Origin: Octopus sinensis
Lineage: Eukaryota
Length of the DNA stretch: 64,000 nt
Direction of reading: 5' to 3'
Assembly: GCF_006345805.1 (NCBI RefSeq)
Contig: NC_042998.1
Location: 87,544,001 to 87,608,000, forward strand
A program made the translations under genes and the position numbers. Under the pieces are notes generated by a model, which did no database searches, was not told the DNA's origin, and was given only the letters and a program-made list of their open reading frames with translations. Positions 14,001-26,220 of the stretch are shown piece by piece (position 1 is the stretch's first letter; every line of letters begins with the position of its first letter).

Positions 14001-17000
14001 ATCAGATGCATATTTGAGCTTAAATATTGGTAATGCTCATACATCGATGAGAGTACCGGTTCCAAATGAAGGTCGGCCACCAAGAAGCATTTTAAGAAGT
14101 TGTCCATTAGTGAAAAATGTCGTTTCCTTTTGATTCTGGATCATCCACATTGATCAATTTTGAGACTATTACATGAAGCCATTAGCCTGCACCTGGGATA
14201 CCTGGTGAATGGGTGTAGAGGTAACTGCAATCATAAGAATTTACTGTACTGACTTCATCAACAAGTAAAAAGTCACAAATGTGGCGAGCCCATATAGAAA
14301 ATTGAAAAACACTCTACTGGGAAATTCTTCCTATTCCATCCACTCTTTCTAATTATACATATGGTACACGTATGAAATTTTTCGTCCATTTATTTACATA
14401 GGATCTACTCTTATTTATCAGAATCTGGTAATTACTGAGACATAGTCTCTTTCGTGTTCCTGTGAATTCATTTGCTGCGTACACCGTTAAAACCCCCCAT
14501 TCAACAACATCAGTTCGATTAACTATCATTGCACATTGAAGAAGCCTATTTCAACTTAGCTCTGCCGAAATATTTTCAATTATTTCAATGTACGAATTAA
14601 TTTCGGTGCAGAGGTCGAATTTTTTGCCATTCAGGCAGAGTCTTAATTAGTATTCGTATACTGTCTTTAGCCAAAGCACTTTCTAACGCTTAGAAAGCTA
14701 AAAGTTAACCTAATATACAGGATATTCCCTACTCAGATTATCGCTTGATCAAAATAACACACCTTTTAACCTACAAGGAAACCTGACGTGTTCAATTAAT
14801 ATTATTCTGCAGACATGGTTTGGGGGTTGTATCAAAGGGGATTAAATTTATATTCTTGATGTTTAAAGCTCTGCCAATTTCGAGCTGACAACCTCCAGCG
14901 ATATAGGCGCTTCAACTATGACTTATGCTGGTTGTCAACTCCTTATTCTAGATGTCTCTACATCTCTAACAGTCCAAGATCTCAAACCTGAACTTTTGAG
15001 CGTGTCACAGGTAGATTGTAAAGTAGCTATACAGGGGACACTACATAAAGAATGGCTCATCACCGTCCAAGAAACGATAACTCTTAGCAACGTTTTTAGT
15101 GCCAAGAAAGATGATGTCTTAAGGCATAGCATATCCTTCATGTTCTCGCCTCTTAAATTTATACGCGGTGGCAACCTGATGACTTGTTTAGAGGATCTCT
15201 ACTGATCCGAATTCTCTTACATAGCATGTTTGTTGATGAAACTACCGTATTATCTGCACCAGTACTATATTCACACAGTTTCTAAGCGCAAAAAATTATT
15301 TGGACACAAGCCAACTAAGCTGACTAGTGACAATAGAAAAATATCTTGTAACTTTCTGCCGTCTTAAAAAGGAGATACGTAACGTAGTTCTAGATGCATT
15401 ATACCTGATCAAAAGTGTAATTAATCGGAGCTGACCGGAATCTAAACAGCAATAACTTCGGTTACTTCCAATATTTACAAGCAGTGTGCTTCAGAACTGA
15501 CCTCTAGTCAGTTTGGTACGATAAACCCTAAGTTTCCTAAGTATGAATTTTATAAAACCTTGCGTATATATATAATCGGTGGATTGGCTCACTCACAACA
15601 AGATTAAAAGCAACTACTTTTTGGATTAATGCTTGCATATATGAAATAACATTGCTGCTACACGAAAATATTCCAGCCATCATTCAGAGGTCATTAGAAC
15701 TGTTTTGTTTCTACTGATGAAATTAATAAAAAAATATTTTAAAACATTTGTTTTTCACATTTATGTAAACAGTAACATTAAATTATGTTCAAAAACAAAT
15801 TAGTCTAGGGAAAGCTGTTTAAATTTGAAAACATGTAGTTTAGGAAAGGATACAAAAAAGAAATTCATAGATTAATCTGTTCAGAAGATATTTAGCAAGA
15901 ATGAATATTGTTACTCTCGTATCTTTTTTTATGTGGATATAAAAATATTATGTCTCACATGGTGTCATATGCAGAGTATGGAGGCGCATGCTTGGTTTGG
16001 TGATATTAAATCTTGCTTATTTATCTTTCGTATTTTATCTGATAGTCAAGTATCAGATGGTTAAGACAAGAAAGCTGAACTAATTGCATTAGTAATCCGT
16101 TTCATCATTTTGAATTAGAATTCCATAGAATCAGTGTAAGAAATTAATAAACAACGAAGCGGTAATATAAAATATTTCATAACGATTATTCTCAAAACTC
16201 TCTGACCTTTCAATTTCTTGCCCGCAAACAACATCGCATTGAAAACTCTGAGACCACATTTGGAGAACGGCGGTCTTTCAGTAAATTTTAGATCAAATCT
16301 AGTGCAAAGTACGCCAACATTGTACCGTTGAATGTACACTGATCCAGCTACATTTCATATTGTATAAGAAACCACCCAACAAAACCTGCGATTACTTGAG
16401 CTTGAGATTTTTTAACAGTTGCTTAGCCACTTCTTATCTCTGACTGAACAGACATATAATCAAAATGTTACATCCATGACAGTCTCGTGTTTTTGTATTT
16501 CTAAGACTACATTGTACTGTTTCATTTCATCCTGATAAATTCCGGGTTCAAATATCTCCTGAATCGATTGTACATTGATTTTACTGAAGTAGATAAATCA
16601 AATATCCAACCTTTTAGTAAGCTTCTCAGGTAGTAAGCCTTTACAGTTACTTGTCTCTTATCGGTACTTTATTTACATCCTATGAATTAAATGTTAGCTT
16701 GTTTCTGATTGGATACAAACATTTTAGAGAAAGAAGAATCAAGACGTAATTTTTATATAACTTATAACAAGAGAATCCAACCGATTACACATCTTAACCT
16801 ATTAAACAACCTAATCTTTAAAAAAAACTTAAATATATAATTTTATTGCATGAAGAATGGCGTACGGCAATCTGCTGACAAATGCCACACACTTTCACTT
16901 TTGAACTGAGCTGTTACTTTGCCTGAAGCCATTAATGATTACCAAAGTTATATAAAAGTTAAATTGTTACACTTATTAATTCTTTTTATCAAAAATATAT

Positions 17001-19097
17001 GACCTTTGTATCGGGTAAAAAAATCTAACTAAAGCAATATTTAATTCATAAGATGTAAACAATGTATAAAAATGTCTAGAAGTTTAGTAGAAATTGTTTT
17101 TACAGGAAACGTTTCGATTTCTGTTTGAAACAATTTCCAGTTAACTTTCATCGTTAAAGGTTTTATTTAAAAGTATGGATGTCACAAACTCCTATTTTCT
17201 TTCTCTTCTAAAATGCAGGTTCCATACTCGTCCAAAGGAAAATGACTGATTCATTTAAAATATTCTTATAAAAGAATATTTGAAGACATTGAACACGAAA
17301 CTTGTCTAGTTTTGTATTACGATAACCTGTCATTAGTGATGAGAAAACTTAGATTTAAAACTGTGTATTGTTTTTAACCTGCAAATGATTTTGGTAGGGA
17401 AGATATGCTAACCCTACATGGAAGATGATAAATAGCGAGATACTAGTAGAAACTGAAGCTATGTCAACAAGGATGAACTTTCGTTGTAATTACCAGAATA
17501 TAAACTTGATGGATATTAGCGTCCACATAAACAATATTATACCTTAATAGTAAATCTGAATTCATTATGAATCGTGGACTTGAGTAATTATATTTTGTTT
17601 TGATTCTGCCTCCTAATGTTATATCAGATTTAATCATGAATATGACTTTGACTAATTTGTTTAAGTTAGTTTCTGAGAAACCCACATTGGACTTACTAAT
17701 CGCAACAAATTTAAAACTTAATTTCTTTAATGATTCCTAAACTAGAATTGAGCAATAAATACATACATTTTAAAGTGTTTTTTTTCTCATAAATATACAA
17801 TGCTCTCCTGTGTGTGCATGTGCTGTGAGGTATAATCTGTATTGTTGTTGAGGTGGAATCTGTATTACTGAATTGGTCTCTCTCTAAAGATAACAAATAT
17901 CTATGCATAAATATGTAAAAAGTTGTAAACACAAGTTTACTGGGGGAATTATGCTATTGTGGTAACAAGACAACTCGTCATATTAATCTCTTTCAAGTCT
18001 TTTCTATATCTGCATAAAGGAACTTTGTTTATAAAGGAAAAAAAAAACCAATAAACAGTACTACGCCAAAGTTTCTAAGAATAGCAGTAATCTCTTGGCA
18101 AATGAAAATTACGACACTTGTTCAATTCCCAGTTGATTCTCGGTACACATAAAAACGATAGTATCAATCACGATGTATTAAGGTTTATGGACAAATTTGG
18201 TTTTATTGAGTCGGTATAAATACGATCGCTCCTTGTCCAGAGTCAACTTTATTTTAATACACAATTAGTTGATTTAGTATTAGAAATATAAATATAACCT
18301 TTCTTCATTGAAATTTGAGAACCATTTTAATAATCAAGAACTTGGTTTAGAAATGACAAATCCGTTTTAAATATTTTATCTGTTGCAAGAAAGTAAAATA
18401 AAATATTAATGAAACTCTCACTTTCATCAATTATATTTATTTAGATTTCTGACAAATTTATTTTGTTTCATAGGTCGAGGACCTTTGTAAGTATTTGATG
18501 AACTTGGCCCTAGTTGATCACGAATTCGTGGTTTATCGATCTTCAGAAATTACTGCGTCCGCTTTATTACTTTCTCGATATGTTTTGAAACCTAACATAA
18601 AAGAGGCATGGACGCCTGGGTTAACTTATTATACTGGCTATAAACGATTTCAGTTGGATTCCTGCGTTAAAAAATTAGCAACGAAGCTACTTGATGTCGA
18701 AATATCTGAATATCAGGTAAGTCATCCAGTATATTTTTTTTATTGTGGATCAGTAGATAAGCACCTAAGCAAAGAACATGTAACCTTTCTAGTTATTCTG
18801 AGAATTTTACGCGAGTTGTTCATTTCACGAAATGTTATTGGTGTTAGGTGTGGGTCGAACTATGTGAGAGTAAACTAGTTCACAGGATAAATTACAACTA
18901 TTATTTATCCATATGGTTTTTAAGATATTAACATTGATAGTGGGGAGTTGGGAGTAGATACTGAACGCTGATCCGAAATTTTCCACATAGATCAATTTCA
19001 AGAACCAACTTTACCATCAACTTTCACAATCAACTATATACCTCCGAGATAGATATCTGATAAAAGAAAATCAGTATTATATGTGTGTTTGTATATG

Positions 19098-19153
<56 letters not shown>

Positions 19154-22100
19154 AACTTTTTCATAATTTACACTGAATTTGACCTTATTTATACGTCTGA
19201 CAGTAAGTTTATTTTCAAACACGGGCACACTCACTCACTCACATATAGTGTATTATGTAGACGTATAAGATTTTTTTCTGAATTTAGTAATTTTTCAATT
19301 TTATGTTTTCCAGTCTATGCTTAGAGTACTTTGCTGAAACTAAAGTAGTATTATAATGACGCCGGAATATTGATAAAAGTTACTGTTGAAAACGCTTAGT
19401 AATAAAACTTTGACTCCTTTTCTATAGTCTCTCTTGCAACATATAAAGTTATAGTCGCATGATGATTAAAATATATAATTGCCTTAGTAATACTAAAGAG
19501 CCCTTAAGAACCGACATTAAAAGAATAAACTATAAATGTCTACTTAGATAGGACGCCGTCTCCTCAGCAACATTTTTCAGATGATTTGAAAACTATTTTA
19601 AAGAAAAATGAGCTATGTCATTAGAAGCCTACTCTTCAAATACTCAAAACCTCTCGCATGTTTCATTAGTTGTTGTTTGAAGCGAAATGACAGTAAATGT
19701 GCTTTTAAACTGTTGAGATTTACTTCTTGATGATTGTATTTCTTGTTGTCTAGAGATGGTCTGATACCTCAAAAGCAATTTCATTTTACATACAAGTTTC
19801 GAATATATAGATAGATAATGATAAAATAAGATGGTTTGGCTTAAATCCTGGCTTTGCCCTATATTAAGCCAATATTTTTTCTGCTCATGATTCTCTGTAC
19901 GAGTTGACGTATTTATGAGCAATGTTTTGATGGTTCTTCACTAACAAAAGTCTGAGTATCAAGTCTATGGTTTACATAATTAGATATTCTTTTCCGGTGA
20001 CATTTCTATTTGCAGTCAATAGTGAAATTAAGGAACTTTCAGTTGAACATATTTACTTTACAATTTCATGTTTGTTCAATATTGCAAGCTTTTGACAGAT
20101 TTGACGAATTATGGCTGTGATAATCTCAACAGTTCACTAACTTGATTCATTTGACGGTATAACTTTTACCAACATTTTTCATGTAATTGAGGCTTTCCTT
20201 TCACATCAGTTAAAAAATAAATACCAGTAACACACTGCGATCGATTTAGTCTTATATATTTTTTCTTATATAAAGCGATAGTTAGTGGTGTGGATGTAGA
20301 GATGAACTCTTATCAAGTCAAAACTACAACCCGTTTTTGTATCGACCAAGGATAGTTTACTTCACTAAATCTGAATATTTTCGTTGAAACGCCCAAGTTT
20401 CATAAAGGCAATCTAGGTTTCATTAAATGCATAAATACTGTAAATTTTCTGTCTTTTCTCGAAATAAATTAGACAAAATTTTTGTATATAAGAAATCGCT
20501 TAAATTATAAACAATTTAATGTTATACCGCTTCATTTAAAATATTTTCTCTTCGTGTTAGGCAATCCAGGATTAATCTATAAAAGTACTTTAGCATTCTT
20601 CTGGTTTAGTATGCATACACTACTATAGTACACGGCCTCCAGCAATACTCACCGGTACTTTGGCACTTGACATGTCAGAAATAGCAGCAAAATTTCCCTT
20701 AAATCATAGCCTACTATTTTAAAAATGATATCGAAAGCTATATATGAATGTATTGTGAAAGTTGTATGGCTCATTGGTTGGGATTCGATTTCTAGGCAGG
20801 ATGACGCGTTGTGCTTCACTCAGCTAAAGTAAGTACTAGACAAATACTGGTGTATCTCTTTCTTCCTCCATCTATCATATCTTGAATATTACGCCGAACC
20901 AAGAGTTGGAAGGCTGAGAGGTTGTCCATATCAGCTCACGATTACACAGGCATCTAAAAAAATTTACAAAATCAAGGCACGTATACATGTTATCATGCCA
21001 TGTACGCTTGAGTGTGACGAGTATAGTTTAGTTATTGACACCTATGGCATGAATGAATGTTTTACAGCATGAAACTGCATATTATTGGTGTCAGCCCACC
21101 TATATATTGTTTCTAACCCTTGTTGCAGGTGCGTAGCGTCTCTCGGGTTCTGTATACCCTTAGAAACTTTTGTGTCATCTACATTGCTAGCAAAGATGGC
21201 GATCTGAACATTTGAGGGAATGATTGAGATGGCCGCTATGAATAGAAGTGCCCTGAGGAACATCACTCACTATTTGTGTTTCCTCAGAGGTAGCTCCATT
21301 GGCTACCACAGCCTGGCTTCTATCTTTAAAAAGTCACGTAGCCATCTTCAAGTTTTTGGATTATGCCAAAGTCCCGCAGTTTGCGATGTATCATATCATG
21401 GTTAACTTTATCAAAATCGAGATATATCACGTCCACATGAGTTACTGAATAGCTGAATTAACACCAAGTCGTAGTGCTGTAAGAGAGGCGTCGGGCAGCT
21501 GCTATCTAGTCGAAAGCCACACTGGGTGTTAGTCAGCAAGCCATTTCCTTCAAGGTACGTGATTAATTTCCTCCTGACTATTTGTTCCATGACTTTGCTG
21601 ATGTGAGACCAGACAGATAGGTTAATTTTTTTTAGCTCTGCTGTTTCCTTTAATTTTCCTGGGAGTTTACCACTCTCTGTAAAAGAAACTGAAGTAGTTT
21701 TGCTTGGACTCATTTACATGAGATAAGAAAGATTGCTGGGGATGCACCAAGGTCAGTAGCTGAGTGTGCTTCTACCACATCTATGGCCAGGTTTACATCT
21801 TCTTTGATGTCGATGTAATCAATCATTGCTCTCTTTGGTCCAGATGTGGTGGCAAAGAACTGCGCTGGTTTGTTTACTTGCCTGTGTCCTAATGTGGTTT
21901 AAAAACACTTTTGAAGCGTTCGTTCAGTATTTCACTTACCTTCAATTTAAAGTTTGACTTTATATTCTTTGTACCCGGGCTTCTTTATCTGCTCTCTCTC
22001 TTTTTCACGGGTTTGTTGCAGAATTTTCTCAATCTCCGTTAGTGGTGTTTTTCAGCCGGGATTTTTCACTACTTTTGAGATGTTTGTCTACGCGATTTGC

Positions 22101-24830
22101 AATCTTTGTCTGTCGTCCTAAGAATTTTCCTCTCCTTTGGGATTTCGTTCCTGTGTGTGATGATAATGTGTTCCGGAATAGATTTGTAGCATATGGCTTT
22201 CATTACGAACATGGAATGTTTAAGTTCCATGTCGATGTCTGGTGCGGAGTGACATTTAGACCATATATAAAGTTATTTTGAAAAAAAGTTTTAGAATTAC
22301 AAACATGCTTATATTTGTATTCTATATTCTAAAATTTGATGTTACAGCCAAAGTTGATATTCGTTTGCGAACTTGTAATCTCGTTATTCTGACACAGCAG
22401 TAACAACCTTCAACTTCTGAGTCATTTTAAAAGAAATTAATTTAGCAGCATTAAAAATATTTTCTATTAGAGGGAAAGTAATTCGTTATACGAACAATGC
22501 AAAATAATCTCTAAAATCAATATTTTTTTTTATATTAGACAGATATTAATAATTTGTAATTTTAGAATATTACAGGTTGTAATTGTTCAATTAGTCTATT
22601 TTATGAAGCAAAGAATTTTTCTGTTCTGTGAGGACAGTAATATTTCATAATAATCTATCTTCTTTGTGAAGTCTCAAGGCATTCTAAAGACAAATCAGTG
22701 TCTACAACAGGATACAACAATTTTTAATTTGCTGCAGCTTATTTAAATATTTCACGAATGAAAGAGAATAATGTATTGCAGATCTACTGGATTACACATA
22801 GAGTACAATGATTCTGGTTACTTTCAATTGATACGTATACCTTTTCTAGACAATAACAATATTCACTCGAAGGAGATTACTTAGCACTCCCTATCGTTTC
22901 AGACCCTTCGAATGTAGTTAATGTGTGACGCAGTTAATGCTTAGCATGAATTTCTGCAAGCTGATATTTATGTGATATATATGAACTCCATAAATTGAAA
23001 TTAAGAGAAGGAATGTAAAAAAAAAACATATTGTAAGGTTTAGAGCGATGAGGCATGTTAAGTACGGCGAAGAAAGGAAAGGTAGGTGTGTTGGATGAAC
23101 CGGAGCGAAAGTGGTAAGCAGTGTTTTAGTTCTGACGAGCATAATCTGTTATATTAGAAGGAACTCTTCCTGTAAACTAAATTTTAACCAAAGAACTAAA
23201 AAAAAACCCTGACTTTTGATTTGCGCTTGGAGTTTGTTGAATGTCTGTAACTGATCAAAAAATTATGATACAGAACACAATATCTTCAAGATAACTTTAA
23301 GTTGTTATGAAGTTTTCACATGAGAAAACTAGGGATTGTAAATGTTTTAGTTATGTGTTGCTCATTATTAGGGAGGGTATAGTGCCGATCTCTCTTTTTG
23401 ATACCTAAAGAGATTGTCTTATACTTTTGAAGAAGACTAGGTTGTCACATTTTAATAGTGGCATGATGTGTCTAGCTCGTACATGTAAAAAACCTGTGTG
23501 GAACACAGAGAGAATGCAAGTATCATTTGTCTGGGAGAATGTGTGTTTGGGGTTATAAGTTTTAGTAAGTCATAAAAAATATGAAAATGTAATATAACTA
23601 AACTGTGGAATGCACTAGTCAGAAGTGATTCGGAAAAATTCCCGCCAATTCAACAATTTGATGACATAACTTGAAAAGTATTATTATTATGGCGGCGAGC
23701 TGGCAGAAACGTTAGCACGCCGGGTGAAATGCTAGGCGGTATTTCGTTTGCCGTTACGTTCCGAGTTCAAGTTTCGCCGAGGTCGACTTTGCCTTTCATC
23801 CTTTCGGGGTCGATTAAATAAGTACCAGTACGCACTGGGGTCGATGTAATTGACTTAATCCGTGTGTCTATCCTTGTTTGTTCCCTCTGTGTTTAGCTCC
23901 TTGTGGGTAGTAAAGAAATAGGTATTTCATCTGCCGCTACGATCTGAGTTCAAATTCCGCCGAGATAGATTTTGCCTTTCATCCTTTCAAGGTCAATAAA
24001 ATAAAGTACCTGTTGCATAGTGGGCTCAATGTAATCGACTAACTCACTCCCACAAATTTCATGGCTTTGTGCCTTCAACAGAAAGGATTAACATTGTTGA
24101 TTTCTGTGCCAAGAGGTGTTTTCATTATTCTTAGTGGAAATTATTTTCAGAGAAAGATGGTTTCAGACACACGTTCTCAGCGCAAGGTAAGATAATCAAA
24201 TACGCAGTTATGATTAGAAAAGTTTGAAGGAAAGGATCTGGAGAAACAGATTTCTTAAGCCAGAGTTTTCAATGTTTTCCTAACAGGATCGCGAAGAAAC
24301 TTTTTAGCGTAAAAAGAAAAATAGAAGACAGCATTATTATCACTAGCAGCCTACCCACACCCACTATTACTGCCTTTGTACTAGAATTAATCAGAAAATT
24401 TATATAAGTATATCTAAACTATATATCGAAAAATATATTCATTAAAACAATGCTTGTTGAAAAAGTTAGTTATTCTTTTTGTGGATTTGACGATACGCCA
24501 AACTCGTATATGTGAGAAGAATAGATTTATACAAATATAGAAACTGTTAAAGCTTATTTTCCATTGATATAAATTGATGAGGAAAGTTAAAATCAGTAAT
24601 TTAAATCTTTACATTTTATTTAAGGGCGGGTAAGTCAATAGTATGACCCAACCGAAAGGCTCGTTTATGATATAATAAACTATATTTTCATGTTTATCTT
24701 CTCTCTTCAGGGTCCTCGTCATAAGTTTGCGCTACAATCAAAATATGGCTGTATAAGCCACCATCCTGCTCTGAGTGCAACTCAACCACTCCGGAAAGCA
24801 ACCAAAGGAATGTTGACTTACTTATGTTAG
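4850..24830 (+). CDS. Cyclin A/B-family gene (cyclin B-like, possibly cyclin P/CNTD2-like), 8 coding exons, ~401 aa
   Basis: Manual splice join 4850-5002, 6439-6598, 7548-7657, 9348-9452, 10767-10922, 11200-11358, 18474-18716, 24711-24830 = 1206 nt, open to TAG. All introns GT..AG with matching phases. Cyclin box: SRGILIDWIINVQVHLKFCEETLMLTVKLIDVFL..DKLQLLGIACLFLASKF..LIYLTDNSYSKQQLLSTELFVLAVMNFELSIPTP. Confidence 0.92.
6439..6598 (+). CDS. Cyclin coding exon 2 (VFRDSVNVKHKVRL..GLSLQIS)
   Basis: ttcgtcag acceptor, CAG|gtatat donor, 53 open codons +1 nt; the phase-1 end matches the next exon (G+AT=Asp). Confidence 0.75.
7548..7657 (+). CDS. Cyclin coding exon 3 (DFFTNKNLPPNVTDIDTGVTDFTNCGEYAQDIIQYLQ)
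   Basis: DID..C.EYA.DI..YL is the conserved pre-cyclin-box segment of A/B cyclins; caaatag acceptor and CAG|gtgtgt donor. Confidence 0.92.
9348..9452 (+). CDS. Cyclin coding exon 4 (EIEKKWVLKADFLRRQREVSCNSRGILIDWIINVQ)
   Basis: MRAILIDW-equivalent helix (SRGILIDW); attgtag acceptor and CAA|gtaggt donor; phase 0-0. Confidence 0.95.
10767..10922 (+). CDS. Cyclin coding exon 5 (VHLKFCEETLMLTVKLIDVFL..LQLLGIACLFLASKFYQQDILK)
   Basis: ETL.L.V..ID.FL and LQLLG..CLFLASK cyclin-box motifs; gtctag acceptor and AAG|gttagt donor; 52 codons. Confidence 0.95.
11200..11358 (+). CDS. Cyclin coding exon 6 (VSQLIYLTDNSYSKQQLLSTELFVLAVMNFELSIPTPIVFLGRFLLAELHKRE)
   Basis: Y.TDN.Y...QLL..E..VL..L.F.L..PT motif; ttccag acceptor and GAA|gtatgt donor. 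Confidence 0.95.
14180..16330 (+). mobile_element. Highly decayed L1/Tx1-like LINE ORF2 relic in cyclin intron 6
   Basis: Degenerate RT motifs in the expected order across frameshifts: PAPGIPGEW (~SPGPDGIP.EF, 14186), LHIEEAYF (~LD.EKAFD), FSPLKFI (~LSPLLF), MFVDETT (~YADD, 15226), LKTLRPHLENGGLS (~L..PK.EGGL, ~16240). Confidence 0.5.
18474..18716 (+). CDS. Cyclin coding exon 7, C-terminal cyclin fold (VEDLCKYLMNLALVDHEFVVYRSSEITASALLLSR..SEYQ)
   Basis: KYL.EL.LVD..F..Y.PS..AA.AL and W...L..YTGY motifs of Cyclin_C; ttcatag acceptor and CAG|gtaagt donor; 81 codons. Confidence 0.95.
20800..21960 (-). mobile_element. CR1-like LINE reverse-transcriptase relic in cyclin intron 7
   Basis: SHISKVMEQIVRRKLITYLEGNGLLTNTQCGFR (21411-21713) and NVDDTKVSKGIQNPRDATHLQQGLETIYRWADTNNMQF (21042-21266); frameshifted. 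Confidence 0.85.
23691..24090 (+). mobile_element. Family A SINE, long form with internally repeated body
   Basis: A/B boxes at 23700-23775; a second gagttcaaattccgccgag..ctttcatcctttc module at ~23945-24075; preceded by (TAT)4. Confidence 0.85.
24711..24830 (+). CDS. Cyclin terminal coding exon 8 (GPRHKFALQSKYGCISHHPAL..LTYLC*)
   Basis: Strong polypyrimidine acceptor tgtttatcttctctcttcag; KF....KYG.IS resembles the 'V..KY...K...IS' end of Cyclin_C; TAG at 24828-24830. Confidence 0.85.
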   Translation, partial: GPRHKFALQSKYGCISHHPALSATQPLRKATKGMLTYLC

Positions 24831-24969
24831 TCTATCGCAGCAGTTGTTGGTATTTCGTGTCTAATACACTTTGTCATTAATCCTCACTGTGTAGTTGTCT
24901 GTGTGTATAAATTCCAGATATCACGGATAATTGTTATGGATCTGTTTTTGCATGATGCAAAAATATATA

Positions 24970-24975
24970 AATAAA
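24970..24975 (+). terminator. Candidate polyadenylation signal AATAAA of the cyclin gene
   Basis: AATAAA 140 nt after the stop codon, followed by T/GT-rich sequence. The motif is common in AT-rich DNA. Confidence 0.4.
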
Positions 24976-25820
24976 CTGTATATTTCAGCATTGTTTCAGC
25001 TAAACAAGTTTTGATGATTTCAATTTTTTTGCTTTATTTTATTTGTTAATCATAATGTTTAGGTCAACATTTTTCTCATGACATTTGTCTAGTTTTTATA
25101 TATTCAGAATTGGACGTGATATTTCAGATATAATTTTCAATATTTGTACCTGAAAGAAAACCAAAATAAAATAAATAAAAATAAATCAAAGAATTATTAA
25201 AAAAATTGTTTGCTTTGTTGACCAGCACCTCCCCACCTAAAGGAAAAACTGACACACGAAAGAGCATTTTTTTACGGTTTGTTGATAGTATATTCTTTTC
25301 CAATTGAATCTTATTTAGAATTAATATATTTGAGAAATGTTTTAAAATTTTTTACTGATCATACAAATCTGTCTTTCGCAGTTCTTGATCTTGGCTTTAC
25401 AATCAATGTAGTCAGCGGCGAACGTTAAGCTAGTCATTAGTTTACTTTCTATGTTCAGCATGCTCATTTCAGTCCTGCAGCATTAAATATTGGATTGTCA
25501 GATAAATTCCCCCCTTCCCCCACTTACTTTAATCCTTTCCAATGTTATTTGAATTAACACGAAAAATTGTTATCATTGTATTTTATGGGGTTTTTGTAAC
25601 TCTGCTCTTCCTCTGCATTTTTCCTTTATCGTGTCTGAAATTTGGATAGATTTTACCTCTTTTCAGACATGTGACGATGGAGTGCCACATCGAAAGAAGA
25701 AAAAAAAACGAATTTATTTAACAACCCAATATAATTGCCTCTGATTATCTGCCAAAAAGATAAATTGAATTTTCCCTATGTGAGAATGCGCAATGATTGT
25801 TAAAATTATTTCATTATTAC

Positions 25821-26220
25821 AAGGCAGCGAGCTGACAAAATCGTTAGCACACCGGGTGAAATACTGAGCGGCATTTCGTCCGTCTTCATGTTCTGAGTTC
25901 AAATTCTTTGTCTTCTAACCTTTCGGGGTCGATAAAATAAGTACCAGTTTAATACTGGGGTCGATCTAATCAACTATCTCCCTTCCCCAAATTTCAGGCC
26001 TTGTGCCTATAGTAGGATTATTACGAGTTATAGAATTATTACGTATAAAATTAAAATGTTGAACGGCGGAATAGTTAGTGCGCCGAACAAAATACTTAGC
26101 GGTATTTCTTTCGATTCTTTACTTTCTGAGTTCATATTCGACCGTGGTCAATTTTGCCTTTCATCCCTTCGGGGTCGATATGATTGACTTACCCTCTCTC
26201 CTCAAAATTACTGGCCTTGA
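25821..26220 (+). mobile_element. Two tandem family A SINEs (25821-26020 and 26061-26220)
   Basis: Both carry the A-box/B-box head and the tttcatcc.ttcggggtcgat body. Confidence 0.8.

Noticed and set aside
19530-19570. Minus-strand CUGAGGA-GAC(GGC)GUC hammerhead-like half
   Set aside because: No GAAA follows stem II.
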